A stretch of 64,000 nt of DNA, from the sequence record ON528728; one strand, 5' to 3'. The DNA comes from Shigella phage ESh18. A program made the position numbers and the translations under genes. Positions 54,602 through 64,000 of this stretch are shown piece by piece (the stretch's first letter is position 1; the number at the start of each line of letters is the position of its first letter). Under the pieces are notes generated by a model. It saw only the letters and a program-made list of their open reading frames with translations. It was not told where the DNA came from and did no database searches.

Positions 54602-54778
54602 TTATCCTTTAAGTAAGTCGTAAAATCCGCCATTCACATGCTTAGGAGCAGAAGGCCGACGAGTAGACAAACGATGACATTTAGGGCAAACATCATTTTC
54701 TCGTTCAGAAATCTTTTTAATTTTTTCATATTCATGCCCGCAATCTTCGGATTGGCATTTATAATCATACATTGGCAT
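54602..54778 (-). CDS. zinc-ribbon protein (FmdB-like CxxC...CxxC), 58 aa, below ORF-track cutoff
   Basis: MPMYDYKCQSEDCGHEYE...VCPKCH read directly. Confidence 0.5.
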   Translation of the reverse strand: MPMYDYKCQSEDCGHEYEKIKKISERENDVCPKCHRLSTRRPSAPKHVNGGFYDLLKG

Positions 54779-54780
54779 AA

Positions 54781-55206
54781 TTATTCCTTAAAGTGTGCTT
54801 TCAGCATTTGATACAAGGACCATGCCTGTTCATTATTTTCAATAGTAACTTTCATGACAGGAAATTCTGTGAAATCTTCTATTTGTTCTTGCTCTTTCTC
54901 TTCCTGCTCTTGCTCTTCAGCTGCCTGATATGGATTTTCCACTTCATCAAAGAACTCGGCTTCGTTAGTAGAGAGCCAGATAAAGTTTTCGTCAAGGATA
55001 TCACCATGTGTTGCATATCCAATTGTGCCAGTAAATGACATAATTTTAGTAGGACGACCAAGATGGTCAACATCTAAAATTTTAAAAGGATGCATACCTA
55101 AACGGCGTGCATAGATTCCGTTATCAGTATGATCTTTAATAAAATTTTCTTGAGCTTGTTTATTTTTAAATTGATACCATTTATTAACTTCAAATCTAAT
55201 AGCCAT
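54781..55206 (-). CDS. hypothetical protein with acidic [12 protein letters not shown] tract (goF-position)
   Basis: 141-aa ORF. Confidence 0.5.
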   Translation of the reverse strand: MAIRFEVNKWYQFKNKQAQENFIKDHTDNGIYARRLGMHPFKILDVDHLGRPTKIMSFTGTIGYATHGDILDENFIWLSTNEAEFFDEVENPYQAAEEQEQEEKEQEQIEDFTEFPVMKVTIENNEQAWSLYQMLKAHFKE

Positions 55207-55421
55207 TAATAAATTTCCTTCCAGTAAGTTGTGCCATCTTCAGTAATTTCACGAAATACACCGTAAATTGGTTGTTTATCACCAACCTTTTCATACACAT
55301 AAACCGAAGTCAAGTGAGTAAACTTAACGGTATGTTCCTTTTGAACCACTACCAAATCTGGATCAAATAATACATCTTCAAATTCGTCATTAGTGCAATT
55401 CTGAACAATTTTACGTTTCAT
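55206..55421 (-). CDS. cef: Cef-like protein (modifier of suppressor tRNAs)
   Basis: 71-aa ORF at cef position and size. Confidence 0.5.
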   Translation of the reverse strand: MKRKIVQNCTNDEFEDVLFDPDLVVVQKEHTVKFTHLTSVYVYEKVGDKQPIYGVFREITEDGTTYWKEIY

Positions 55422-55434
55422 TACAATTTCCTCA

Positions 55435-55716
55435 TTAATTAAACATTGGAGCGATACGTTTCAGAAGAGTAGCAGCACCTTTAGCGAATTTTACATCATG
55501 AAAAACAGTTTCTTCTTCTGTAACAACTCGAACTTTAATATTTTCACAATCCCAATTTTTACGAACAATCTTCAAAAGCTGCAGTAAATCTTTACATTCA
55601 GCAATATCGATAACACATCCACGAGAATCTTCCATTATCGCACGATAACCGTAAGCCATACCATAATCGTTAAAAGATTGCTCGATGATAATTAAGTTTT
55701 CCATTTTATTCTCCAA
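55435..55716 (-). CDS. hypothetical protein
   Basis: 93-aa ORF with promoter cassette upstream. Confidence 0.5.
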   Translation of the reverse strand: MENKMENLIIIEQSFNDYGMAYGYRAIMEDSRGCVIDIAECKDLLQLLKIVRKNWDCENIKVRVVTEEETVFHDVKFAKGAATLLKRIAPMFN

Positions 55717-55730
55717 GTTATTTTCTGTAT

Positions 55731-55790
55731 CAGTAGTTGATATTGATATAGTACCATAATCAACTACTGATGTATATAGTTTTATGAAAA
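55731..55790 (-). promoter_or_regulatory. early promoter region (divergent member of the cassette family)
   Basis: gtagttgata...tagtaccat core. Confidence 0.35.
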
Positions 55791-55811
55791 AATTTTAAAC
55801 TTTATGCAAAT

Positions 55812-56231
55812 TTATGCTAAAGCTGCTTCGCACCATTTTTTAATTTGGAATTCAGGAACTACCATGAACTGGCCTGCAAAAACAATATTGTAGAGCTTGA
55901 CACCATCTTCTACCCAACGGTCCGAAATAAAACCAGCGACTTGATTCGTTGTCCATGGAGTTCCATCTGTTGCCGCCGCAATTGTGAATTTATGGTCTTT
56001 TACAACTAAAACTGAAGAACAAAGTTTCCATTTAAATGCGCTTTCTTCTGGCTCAATGAACTGACTTGAGACATAACCAATGTTACCATCAGCGTCACGA
56101 ACTTTAACCTCGTTACGACCAAAAACTGGATCACTTACAGAAAGAACTTCAACCAGCTTTCCTGCAACTTTAGAACGAGAAGCAACGGATACATATACGT
56201 AATCACCAGTAGAGAGATTTGCAATATTCAT
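55812..56231 (-). CDS. MotB-region paralog 1 (shared C-terminal domain)
   Basis: 139 aa; motifs SVASRSKVAGKLVEV and GFISDRWVEDGVKLYNIVF shared with next gene. Confidence 0.55.
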   Translation of the reverse strand: MNIANLSTGDYVYVSVASRSKVAGKLVEVLSVSDPVFGRNEVKVRDADGNIGYVSSQFIEPEESAFKWKLCSSVLVVKDHKFTIAAATDGTPWTTNQVAGFISDRWVEDGVKLYNIVFAGQFMVVPEFQIKKWCEAALA

Positions 56232-56240
56232 AATAATTCC

Positions 56241-56759
56241 TTAAGCTTTACGAGGAGAAGCATAACGAGTGATTTCAGATTCTTCAACAACCCGGAAGTC
56301 ACCTAAGAATACGATATTGTAGAGATTTTCACCATCTTCAACCCATTGGTCTGTGATGAAGCCGCACATCCTATCAGTTTTACTTGGACCAGCGAAATCA
56401 TCAATATAATCGAATTCTTCATCAGTTACAAATTCAACGCCTTTACACAACGCCCATTTAAATTGTGCATTAGACTCAGTGGATTCAACTTCTTCAACAG
56501 AAGCAAAATGAGAGCTAACACGAGTTTCCAGAAATTTAGGACTTACGTAAGCGTACTGAGTTTCAGTTTTTCCAGAACCAGGAATGATTCGAACTTTAAC
56601 TTCTTTAACACGACCAGTACCATTAGTACGAAGTCCTACCACTTCAACTAGACGACCTGCAGCTTTAGAACGAGATGCAGACGATACACGCTTAATTTCA
56701 CCGATAGTAATCATAATTTTTCTCTCTTTGTTGTTAAGATTTATACTCCGCAGGACCAT
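56241..56759 (-). CDS. MotB-region paralog 2 (possibly MotB)
   Basis: 172 aa; SSASRSKAAGRLVEV and GFITDQWVEDGENLYNIVF. Confidence 0.55.
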   Translation of the reverse strand: MVLRSINLNNKERKIMITIGEIKRVSSASRSKAAGRLVEVVGLRTNGTGRVKEVKVRIIPGSGKTETQYAYVSPKFLETRVSSHFASVEEVESTESNAQFKWALCKGVEFVTDEEFDYIDDFAGPSKTDRMCGFITDQWVEDGENLYNIVFLGDFRVVEESEITRYASPRKA

Positions 56760-56786
56760 TATACTCTGGTCCCAAGAGTTTGTAAA

Positions 56787-57224
56787 CTAGCTTACACGAA
56801 CATTAATCACTGCGCTGCGAGGAACTACAGAGTACTCTCCAGCATGAACTACGTTCAGAAGTTCAACACCATCTTCAATCCACTGATCAGTCACCCATCC
56901 ACCCACAGGATTCGCGAATGGACGACGAATATAAACTGCCTTACACAGCAGATCAGTTGGATCTTCAGGTTTTTCAATTTCTGTCAATAGACTAAAATCT
57001 TTTTCATAAATAATAAGCGATGATACCATTCCATAATAGTTTCTAATTTCAATATACATCATACCGATAAGAATTCCGCTATTAACACTAATAACAGTAA
57101 AAGGATATCCGCCAGTTAAACCAAGAAGTTCACAAAACTTATTATGAGCTGTATTAGACAGTACCGAAAAATTCTTAATTTCATCAAATTTTTTCAATTG
57201 ATAAACAGCATTATTTTTAATCAT
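56787..57224 (-). CDS. MotB-region paralog 3 (C-terminal domain only)
   Basis: 145 aa; GGWVTDQWIEDGVELLNVVHAGEYSVVP. Confidence 0.5.
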   Translation of the reverse strand: MIKNNAVYQLKKFDEIKNFSVLSNTAHNKFCELLGLTGGYPFTVISVNSGILIGMMYIEIRNYYGMVSSLIIYEKDFSLLTEIEKPEDPTDLLCKAVYIRRPFANPVGGWVTDQWIEDGVELLNVVHAGEYSVVPRSAVINVRVS

Positions 57225-57234
57225 GATTTTCTCT

Positions 57235-57786
57235 TTAATCTAAAGTAATAAAGCCTTTTAATTCGGCATGCGATTTGCGGAACATTACTTGATGTCCGCC
57301 AATGATAACTTGGTCATCTGGCACTTCATAAATCGCAATGTACATTCCACGTTCTTTTAAGTCTTCACGCTCTTCTCGAGTGAACCATCTCATCATATCA
57401 TATTCACTAGCGAAAGCAAAATGATATAATGCAATAAACCACAATGGAATATAATTTTCAATTCGTGAATAATCTTTATTCCATTTAGTTTTAATAACAT
57501 CATTAGCATTTTCAACTAATAACTTATCATCGTGTGGAATAGGAATACTTTCATGGCTTTCATAATTATCGCTATGATGATGAAATGACGATGAATTAAT
57601 ACCGCAAAATTTTAGCCAAGTTCGAGTTTTCATAGAATCAAATCCACGATAAGGAGTTGATTGAACGCATAACTCTTGCCTAATTTTGACTATACCACTA
57701 TCATCATTTAATGCGCTAAACGATGATTCAACACGATAAATTTTCATTTTATTATCCTCAGTAGCTATGGTGTTATAATACCACAA
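57235..57786 (-). CDS. hypothetical protein (dexA.x)
   Basis: 183-aa ORF. Confidence 0.5.
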   Translation of the reverse strand: MWYYNTIATEDNKMKIYRVESSFSALNDDSGIVKIRQELCVQSTPYRGFDSMKTRTWLKFCGINSSSFHHHSDNYESHESIPIPHDDKLLVENANDVIKTKWNKDYSRIENYIPLWFIALYHFAFASEYDMMRWFTREEREDLKERGMYIAIYEVPDDQVIIGGHQVMFRKSHAELKGFITLD

Positions 57787-57813
57787 CTAACCGAGGAAGT
57801 AAACAACTTTTTA

Positions 57814-58494
57814 TCATTTTGTTGGAAGAGACAGAGGATCGCAATCTTCCTCTGACGGAGCATCTTCAAGACCCATAGCGTATCGCAAAGCATACTTCAT
57901 CATCAGGATGTCTTTCGCACAGTCATGAATAGAATCATGTGCAACGAATCCATCTAAAGTTCCTTTTGGAAGAGGACACGTGGTCATATCACGAACAAGC
58001 AGAAGTGCTTCAATTCTGGTACGAATATCACGCTGATTCCAGAATTTACATGGTTCTAACTTAAATGTATCAAGCTCATTCTCGGAAACGCCATTAAGAC
58101 GTTGAATATCGCGAATGAGATCGACTAAAATTGGAAAATCAAACGACATTCCACGGCACCAGCCTTGAGATTTCCAAGGATCGATATTATGTGCATTGAT
58201 GTAATCATTAAATTTCGCAATACCGTCGATAGTGCTTACATCTTCATCGGACGGTGCAATATTTTTTCGAGCTTCAGGAGATTGATTCTTCCACCATTCG
58301 ATAGTACTTTTAGTAAAAAGACGATGTCCTTTTTGACTTTTTAAGTCAAATTTAATTTTAATCCCACGTGAAACTAGTTCATCGAATGTTTCAACAACTT
58401 CTGGGTTAGGGTCAAAAGCAATTACAGCCAAATCAATAACAGCTGCTTTTTCACCGCTTCCCATTGTTTCAAAATCTATAATAAAATCAAACAT
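57814..58494 (-). CDS. dexA: exonuclease A (DEDD-type 3'-5' exonuclease)
   Basis: 226 aa; N-terminal DFETMG exo motif I. Confidence 0.75.
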   Translation of the reverse strand: MFDFIIDFETMGSGEKAAVIDLAVIAFDPNPEVVETFDELVSRGIKIKFDLKSQKGHRLFTKSTIEWWKNQSPEARKNIAPSDEDVSTIDGIAKFNDYINAHNIDPWKSQGWCRGMSFDFPILVDLIRDIQRLNGVSENELDTFKLEPCKFWNQRDIRTRIEALLLVRDMTTCPLPKGTLDGFVAHDSIHDCAKDILMMKYALRYAMGLEDAPSEEDCDPLSLPTK

Positions 58495-58769
58495 TAAATT
58501 TTCCTTGCTAAATCGCGAATTTGACCTACAGTATAATCTTGGATATAAACTTTATTAATAGGCTCATCAATAAATTTTGCCATAGATTCAATATCTTTTT
58601 GTATCTCTTCAAGACTGTATACTATCTTTAAAGCTTTTTCGCGAATAGTAATATTTTCAGGACTAGAATTTTCCTCAATGACAGCTTTAACATTTGTCAT
58701 AAGAGATTTAAACTGATGCAAACTTAATTCAATCATTAATAACCGCCTTATAAAGATGGCTAATTTCAC
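58494..58769 (-). CDS. hypothetical protein (small paralog a)
   Basis: 91 aa; LEEIQKDI...IQDYTVGQIRDL similar to next ORF. Confidence 0.45.
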   Translation of the reverse strand: MKLAIFIRRLLMIELSLHQFKSLMTNVKAVIEENSSPENITIREKALKIVYSLEEIQKDIESMAKFIDEPINKVYIQDYTVGQIRDLARKI

Positions 58770-58989
58770 CTAAAACATAATCACTGATTGTAACAGTTTT
58801 CACTTCGCCACAAAAGAATTCTAACGCAATTAAATCTCGTTCAATTTCTTCTAATTGAAGCATTAACTTTCCAGATTCAATTTTTACATTTCTACGATTT
58901 TTACTATAAGCTAATTCATAAATTTCGCTAACTTTATCTTGAAGCAGATAAAACTGGTCTTTAGTTATTTCCACGAATAGCTTCCTCAA
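58729..58989 (-). CDS. hypothetical protein (small paralog b)
   Basis: 86 aa; LEEIERDL...ISDYVLGEISHL. Confidence 0.45.
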   Translation of the reverse strand: MRKLFVEITKDQFYLLQDKVSEIYELAYSKNRRNVKIESGKLMLQLEEIERDLIALEFFCGEVKTVTISDYVLGEISHLYKAVIND

Positions 58990-58995
58990 ATTTAA

Positions 58996-60315
58996 TCATA
59001 CATAAAATACATCATAACGACCACGGGTAACACCAACATAAAGAAGTTGTTGGGCCAATTCAGCATCTGCATAATGAATACAAGGCGTATAAATGAAAGC
59101 ACGGTCTACAGACATACCCTGAGCTTTATGGAATGTTGATGCAGGAAGTGCTTTCACTTTACTGAACTGTGATTTAGCATCCCAAAAATCACTCCATGGA
59201 GCTTTTCCGCCTTTGTTCCAATTTTTATAAGTTTCTGCCGTTTTACCTAAAAATAGGTTAAACTTATATAGCTCTTCATCAGATGAAATTATTTTAATCT
59301 TTTCACGATAATATTCATCATCGCCGTAAGTTTCTACTGTTAAATCCCAATGACGAATTAAGTATTCTCCAGAAACACCACGAGCTTTAACAAAGGTTGA
59401 TGTATACTCTGCTTCTATAATACGAACTAATTGTCCGTTATTAAAAATAATTTCTGACACAGGCTTTCCATCAATTTTATATGTTTTAATTAATGGTTCC
59501 TGCATTACAATAATTTCACCGACAATAAAATCTTTATCAGTTTCAAAAATCTTTTTGCGAATAATGCTATTTAACTTGTCAACAGATTTATTCGTAAATG
59601 CCATTACGCGATTTTCAAACAAATCATCTAATGATTTTACGATTGAAAAATAATTTACCATAAAATCGCGTAAAGCGGTATCACCAGTAAATCCACGTAC
59701 TCCATGCCCGTCAACAACTTTATCATAAATCCACTTACCGTTGCGAACATCAGTAGCTACATCAATAATAGGAGCATTACTGCGTTTAACTTCAGTAAGT
59801 TCACACTGATAAAAATCTTTGTGTGTAAAGAATGGACTGATATAAGCAGTATTTTCTCCTGGATCAACAGGTCTAATTTGCTTATTATCGCCTATTCCAA
59901 TTATAGTACACCACGGCGGGATAGTTGAAAGCAGAATTTTGAATAGCTTTCTATCATACATTGACACTTCGTCGCAGATTAATACCCTGCATTTAGCTAA
60001 ATCCGGTACTTCCTTCTGTTCAAAAAGAACGTTTTCTTCATATGTTACCGGGTTAATTTTAAGAATACTGTGAATAGTACTCGCTTCTTTCCCCGACAGT
60101 TTTGAAAGAATCTTTTTAGCTGCATGTGTAGGAGCTGCCAAAATGATACCAGTTTCACCCGTAGATATTAAAGCTTCAATGATGAATTTGGTAAGAGTAG
60201 TCTTACCGGTACCAGCAGGTCCATTAATAGTTACATGATGTTTCTTTTCTTTAATAGCCTTCATAACGATGTTAAAGGCATTTTTCTGGCCTTCGGTCAA
60301 ATCATCAAATGTCAT
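58996..60315 (-). CDS. dda: Dda DNA helicase (SF1B)
   Basis: 439 aa; Walker A GPAGTGKTT. Confidence 0.85.
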   Translation of the reverse strand: MTFDDLTEGQKNAFNIVMKAIKEKKHHVTINGPAGTGKTTLTKFIIEALISTGETGIILAAPTHAAKKILSKLSGKEASTIHSILKINPVTYEENVLFEQKEVPDLAKCRVLICDEVSMYDRKLFKILLSTIPPWCTIIGIGDNKQIRPVDPGENTAYISPFFTHKDFYQCELTEVKRSNAPIIDVATDVRNGKWIYDKVVDGHGVRGFTGDTALRDFMVNYFSIVKSLDDLFENRVMAFTNKSVDKLNSIIRKKIFETDKDFIVGEIIVMQEPLIKTYKIDGKPVSEIIFNNGQLVRIIEAEYTSTFVKARGVSGEYLIRHWDLTVETYGDDEYYREKIKIISSDEELYKFNLFLGKTAETYKNWNKGGKAPWSDFWDAKSQFSKVKALPASTFHKAQGMSVDRAFIYTPCIHYADAELAQQLLYVGVTRGRYDVFYV

Positions 60316-60623
60316 CGTAAATTCCCTGCAATTGGTATACTAACAATACGCCCAGTATCTAAAATTCGCTGATATAATCTTTGTGTGTCTACGTCAGGCT
60401 TAACATGTTTAACTTCTATTTTATTAAACCAAAATTTACGTGGAGTCTCAACTAATCTTGGAATTCCCTTACCTAAAGCTAGTTGATACTGCTCTTTAAG
60501 AGTGGTAAATACTTTATCAGCAATCTTCCATTCAAAAAATACAGCAGGACGATGTTCATCAAGCGGAACTGGCGCCGTAAATCCGTCTTTGTCTCGGTAA
60601 ACTATCGCGTATACATAAACCAT
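60312..60623 (-). CDS. hypothetical protein (dda.1-position)
   Basis: 103-aa ORF. Confidence 0.5.
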   Translation of the reverse strand: MVYVYAIVYRDKDGFTAPVPLDEHRPAVFFEWKIADKVFTTLKEQYQLALGKGIPRLVETPRKFWFNKIEVKHVKPDVDTQRLYQRILDTGRIVSIPIAGNLR

Positions 60624-60624
60624 A

Positions 60625-61371
60625 TTATCCTCGGATAAGTTTAAAAATTGAACAATTTAGCGGATATCCTCTTTTCAGTTTAAGTTTATCAATAAAAGAC
60701 AAGTTTTGATACCGCTCTACACCTTGAATAATTTTATCACACATATCATATTGCATTTCTGCTTCTGACAACTTTTTCACAATTTTCCAATCCGAACCTT
60801 TAAGAAGAACGTTCAGTTTAACAACTTCAGCGCCTTCTGCTATGCGAGAACCGTCAATACGAGCTTTAAGTGCTATAATTCTTAGCTTAATGTCAGAGGT
60901 CTGTTTTGATTTAGAAAGCTGAGAAATGTGTTCAATTCGGTTTTCACGTTTTTTCTGTATAGCTTTAATTTGATTATAAGTCTTTTTGATTTTAGCCCAT
61001 TTCTTTTCATCTAAATTTAGTTTATGAACTTTTTTCGCAGATGAACGACCAATTCGCAAAGCAAATAAATCACGCTTTTCAATTAACTCTTCTAAAGTAT
61101 AATCAGAACGAAATGTATTATACTTTTTCTTTACTGCAATAACATTCCCTTTAATGTATCCAACGTTATTATCAAAACGTTCTAATGATAATTTCTCTCC
61201 TTCAATACGATTATCAAAAGGTTCTCCCGAGTAAGCGCAAACTTTCTGATCTAAAATGTTCTTAATGTAATTGAAGTCTAAGTTAAAATCTTTAGAACGT
61301 CTTTTTGCAGATGCCTGAGTATGCTCTAGACGACGTTTAATTTTACGAATTTGGTTATTAGACAGCTTCAT
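60625..61371 (-). CDS. srd: Srd-like protein
   Basis: 248-aa basic ORF between dda and modA. Confidence 0.5.
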   Translation of the reverse strand: MKLSNNQIRKIKRRLEHTQASAKRRSKDFNLDFNYIKNILDQKVCAYSGEPFDNRIEGEKLSLERFDNNVGYIKGNVIAVKKKYNTFRSDYTLEELIEKRDLFALRIGRSSAKKVHKLNLDEKKWAKIKKTYNQIKAIQKKRENRIEHISQLSKSKQTSDIKLRIIALKARIDGSRIAEGAEVVKLNVLLKGSDWKIVKKLSEAEMQYDMCDKIIQGVERYQNLSFIDKLKLKRGYPLNCSIFKLIRG

Positions 61372-61494
61372 ATTTTTCTCACATCTTACGGACGGTTAAC
61401 TACTTATACTATAACATTTTTACCTTAACTTGTAAACAACTTTATGTAAAAATGCTTTAAAACTTTCATGGTATAATGAATCTAAGTCCTTCCA

Positions 61495-62097
61495 TTATAG
61501 ATTAAATCCTTCAAATTCAAGAGTATAGATAGTGTATGTTGAATACTTTTTGTACTCGTATCTATCTGCAATTCTAAATACACTTCCAGCTGGTATCATT
61601 ACTTCTTGTTCATCTGAAACTAATTCCATATTACGATAACGATGGCTATCCGGAAACTTAAAGTTTGGATTATATTCTTTGCAGCGTAGAGCTTTTATAG
61701 CATACTCCTGGAAATTGAATACCATAGGAGCTTTGAATTCAAAAATAACTTGTGTGTTATACTCTAAACCGGAAGCAAAATGTAGAGCTATATTTTTATC
61801 ATATGAAGCTGATACGACTTTATCAAATGTAATAATATCAATTCCTTGATTTAATACTTGCTTAGTCTCAGCTGGAACACCTCTCCAAAGAGGTTTATCG
61901 TTTGGAACCAAACGAGATTTGATTATTTCATTTAACCAAGTATGGTCATCTGGTTTGTTGGTAATACAATGAATTAAAAGTTCAATTTCAGATAAATTAA
62001 ACCCTTCAGAAAGTAATTCTTCACGAATAGAAGCACGCACCGATGCATCCATTGATTTTATTTTAAAATCTTTTAGTTGCATTACTGAGTATTTCAT
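61495..62097 (-). CDS. modA: ADP-ribosyltransferase ModA
   Basis: 200 aa; R-S-E motifs (LWRGV, SAS, EQEVMIP). Confidence 0.75.
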   Translation of the reverse strand: MKYSVMQLKDFKIKSMDASVRASIREELLSEGFNLSEIELLIHCITNKPDDHTWLNEIIKSRLVPNDKPLWRGVPAETKQVLNQGIDIITFDKVVSASYDKNIALHFASGLEYNTQVIFEFKAPMVFNFQEYAIKALRCKEYNPNFKFPDSHRYRNMELVSDEQEVMIPAGSVFRIADRYEYKKYSTYTIYTLEFEGFNL

Positions 62098-62717
62098 TCA
62101 ACTACCTCAATATCATAAACTTTAAATGTTCCAAATGAATCGTGTAATTTTTCTTTTGAAATAGAAGTTATTCTATACTTTCCAATTGGAATCATCCATT
62201 CTTGTTCACGCACAATCATCATTAAGTTATCAGTACGCTCTGAATCTAGCCCATCAGTATCTTCATACGTGTACTTAAACTCAGTATTAGGAGAAGAAAG
62301 TATAATATCGCTGATATGGTCAGAATAATTAAAAGCTTTATCAGTTTTTAAGCGAAGTACTATTTCAGTGAAATATTCAGCATAAGAAAAAGAACACGCT
62401 GTATGCAAACTAGTAGTAAATGAATCTACCCTGTTCGTTGAAAACACTTCTCCAACTTGCAAATCTTTAATAAGTTCTTTTGTCGATTTTGATATACCAC
62501 GATATAATTGATAAGGCGATTTAGTTAAATGCTTTTTAATGATTTTATTCAACTGTCTGTGAAGAGCTTCATTCTTTTTTGCTTCCATACATTGCCAAAG
62601 AATTGACTGCTCAAAGTCAGTAAATTTTTCACAGACTTTTTTATACATATCATATTGAAAATCAACGCTTTCAGCTTTTATAGATAACTGTTCAACATCT
62701 GCAAGATTAATAATCAT
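62094..62717 (-). CDS. modB: ADP-ribosyltransferase ModB
   Basis: 207 aa; R-S-E motifs (LYRGIS, STNRVDSFTTS, EQEWMIP); paralog of modA. Confidence 0.75.
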   Translation of the reverse strand: MIINLADVEQLSIKAESVDFQYDMYKKVCEKFTDFEQSILWQCMEAKKNEALHRQLNKIIKKHLTKSPYQLYRGISKSTKELIKDLQVGEVFSTNRVDSFTTSLHTACSFSYAEYFTEIVLRLKTDKAFNYSDHISDIILSSPNTEFKYTYEDTDGLDSERTDNLMMIVREQEWMIPIGKYRITSISKEKLHDSFGTFKVYDIEVVE

Positions 62718-62784
62718 GATAGCCTCCGTATACTTCAGAAGCTATCATATCATCGTTAGAAAGGAAAGTAAACAACTTTTTGAA

Positions 62785-62967
62785 TTATTTTGCCCAGGGA
62801 GCCCAGGGCGGAGGGTCAAGATGGTATGAAGCTAGTTCTTCTAGAAGAGCATCTGGGGCTTCAATTCCATAATTCTGTAATACTATACGGTACTCTTTCT
62901 TATAATCACTAGAATCATTCTGGATATTCGTAGAATGATTATCTTCTAACATCTCAAATAAATCCAT
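62785..62967 (-). CDS. hypothetical protein
   Basis: 60-aa ORF. Confidence 0.4.
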   Translation of the reverse strand: MDLFEMLEDNHSTNIQNDSSDYKKEYRIVLQNYGIEAPDALLEELASYHLDPPPWAPWAK

Positions 62968-62975
62968 ATTAATTC

Positions 62976-63446
62976 CTAGCGATAAAAACCAAAATGACGA
63001 TTAGCTTCAGCAATCTTTCTTTCTTCTTCGGACATTCTCCAGCGTAATCCAACGTCAAAATGAGCCCAGACCATCTTAACAAATGCATTTATATCTTTAA
63101 TATCTTCAATAATGAATGTTTTACTTTTCGAAGGTTGACTCGCTAATTTAACTTTATCATCTTCAAACAGGTCAAAAAGACCATATTCATGAGCTCTTTT
63201 ATAGCCTTTAATAGTTAAAGCTTCGGAAGAAGAAAACGGTGAATCAGTATTTTGCAAAATATCTTCAGTATGCTTTATAATTAGAATAATATTTTCTGGA
63301 TATTTTCTTTCTTTTATATCTTTAATTAAAAAATCCGGATTTTCTGCTAAAGGAATAATTAATGAGCAGTTTTTATCAAGCGTATTTACTGATTTACCTT
63401 CTTTAGACATAAATTCTATTGAATAATGTTTTGCTACTTCAATCAT
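62976..63446 (-). CDS. hypothetical protein
   Basis: 156-aa ORF. Confidence 0.5.
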   Translation of the reverse strand: MIEVAKHYSIEFMSKEGKSVNTLDKNCSLIIPLAENPDFLIKDIKERKYPENIILIIKHTEDILQNTDSPFSSSEALTIKGYKRAHEYGLFDLFEDDKVKLASQPSKSKTFIIEDIKDINAFVKMVWAHFDVGLRWRMSEEERKIAEANRHFGFYR

Positions 63447-63599
63447 GTGATTTCCTTTTGCCTACTAATGGACCGTCGGGAATTTTGTTTTCCTGGATAT
63501 ATTTCTCATTTTCTTCCATCATTTTACTACCAATTTTAAGAAGCAAATCCATTGCTTCATTTGCTTTTGCTTTGGCCTCTTCTAACGTCATATCTTTGC

Positions 63600-63803
63600 T
63601 CATGATTTATCACCGTAAATATCTCTCATTAATTTAAGAGCTGAGCGCTCTAATTTCTTTTCTTTCTCAGCACTAATCATTGATTTCATCCATTCTTCCG
63701 ATTCGTTCTGCATTTCTTTATTTGCCTGTTCAACCCAACCATCATCAATATACATTGAGTTTGGTCTATTGAACCATTCAAGCATTTTCTTCAGAACTTT
63801 CAT
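63600..63803 (-). CDS. hypothetical protein (may start at internal Met near 63785)
   Basis: 67-aa ORF. Confidence 0.4.
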   Translation of the reverse strand: MKVLKKMLEWFNRPNSMYIDDGWVEQANKEMQNESEEWMKSMISAEKEKKLERSALKLMRDIYGDKS

Positions 63804-64000
63804 TTGTTTTACCTAAAACGATAGTATGGACACCGTCAAATTCATGAATTTTTAGCAAATTTGGATTTAAATTATTCCATAAAGAGGTAATAAAATATGA
63901 TAGCGCACTTTCGTCCGTAATTATAAATTTATTTCCTTTATCTATTTTCCAATCATATATTGAATCGTATGAATAGAAGGATAACGGTTTATTATTATAG
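63778..64000 (-). CDS. hypothetical protein, 3' part (start lies beyond window end)
   Basis: Minus-strand frame open from 64000 to TGA at 63778-63780. Confidence 0.35.
   Translation of the reverse strand, partial: YNNKPLSFYSYDSIYDWKIDKGNKFIITDESALSYFITSLWNNLNPNLLKIHEFDGVHTIVLGKTNESSEENA

Noticed and set aside
63419-63637. 72-aa plus-strand ORF near the window end
   Set aside because: Antisense to minus-strand genes in a region where all supported genes are minus-strand; hydrophobic low-complexity translation

Overview
This 64 kb window is a contiguous stretch of a T4-like (T-even, Tequatrovirus-type) myovirus genome in standard T4 map orientation. All calls rest on reading the ORF translations and sequence by eye; no database search was run, and every comparison to T4 is from memory. 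The plus strand carries two late structural blocks: baseplate genes 29 (5'-truncated by the window edge), 48 and 54 (1-2956), and long-tail-fibre genes 34, 35, 36, 37, 38 plus holin t (30906-41131), each preceded by TATAAATA late-promoter motifs. The rest is densely packed minus-strand early/middle genes: two tandem alt-like genes, ligase 30, the 30.x cluster, rIII, 31, cd, pseT, the spanin pair, alc, rnlA, denA, nrdB, nrdA, td, frd, 32, 59, 33, dsbA, rnh; then asiA, arn, motA, 52, ac-like/stp small ORFs, ndd, denB, rIIB, rIIA, 39, cef, motB-like paralogs, dexA, dda, srd, modA, modB. Intergenic regions show GC-rich hairpin terminators and repeated early-promoter cassettes (GTTTAC -35, extended -10). 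I found no rRNA, tRNA, CRISPR array, integrase or transposase. Differences from T4 as I recall it: td and nrdB are uninterrupted, the nrdA-nrdB spacer is 51 bp (no mobE-type gene), gene 39 is a single 606-aa ORF, and gp37 is about 50 aa longer. The most interesting candidates are (1) an extra 119-aa ORF at the frd-td junction, (2) two tandem Alt-family ADP-ribosyltransferase genes with divergent central regions, (3) a NADAR/YbiA-like gene beside a HAD-like hydrolase downstream of the ligase, and (4) three tandem genes sharing a C-terminal domain upstream of dexA. I could not confirm any of these as novel without a search.
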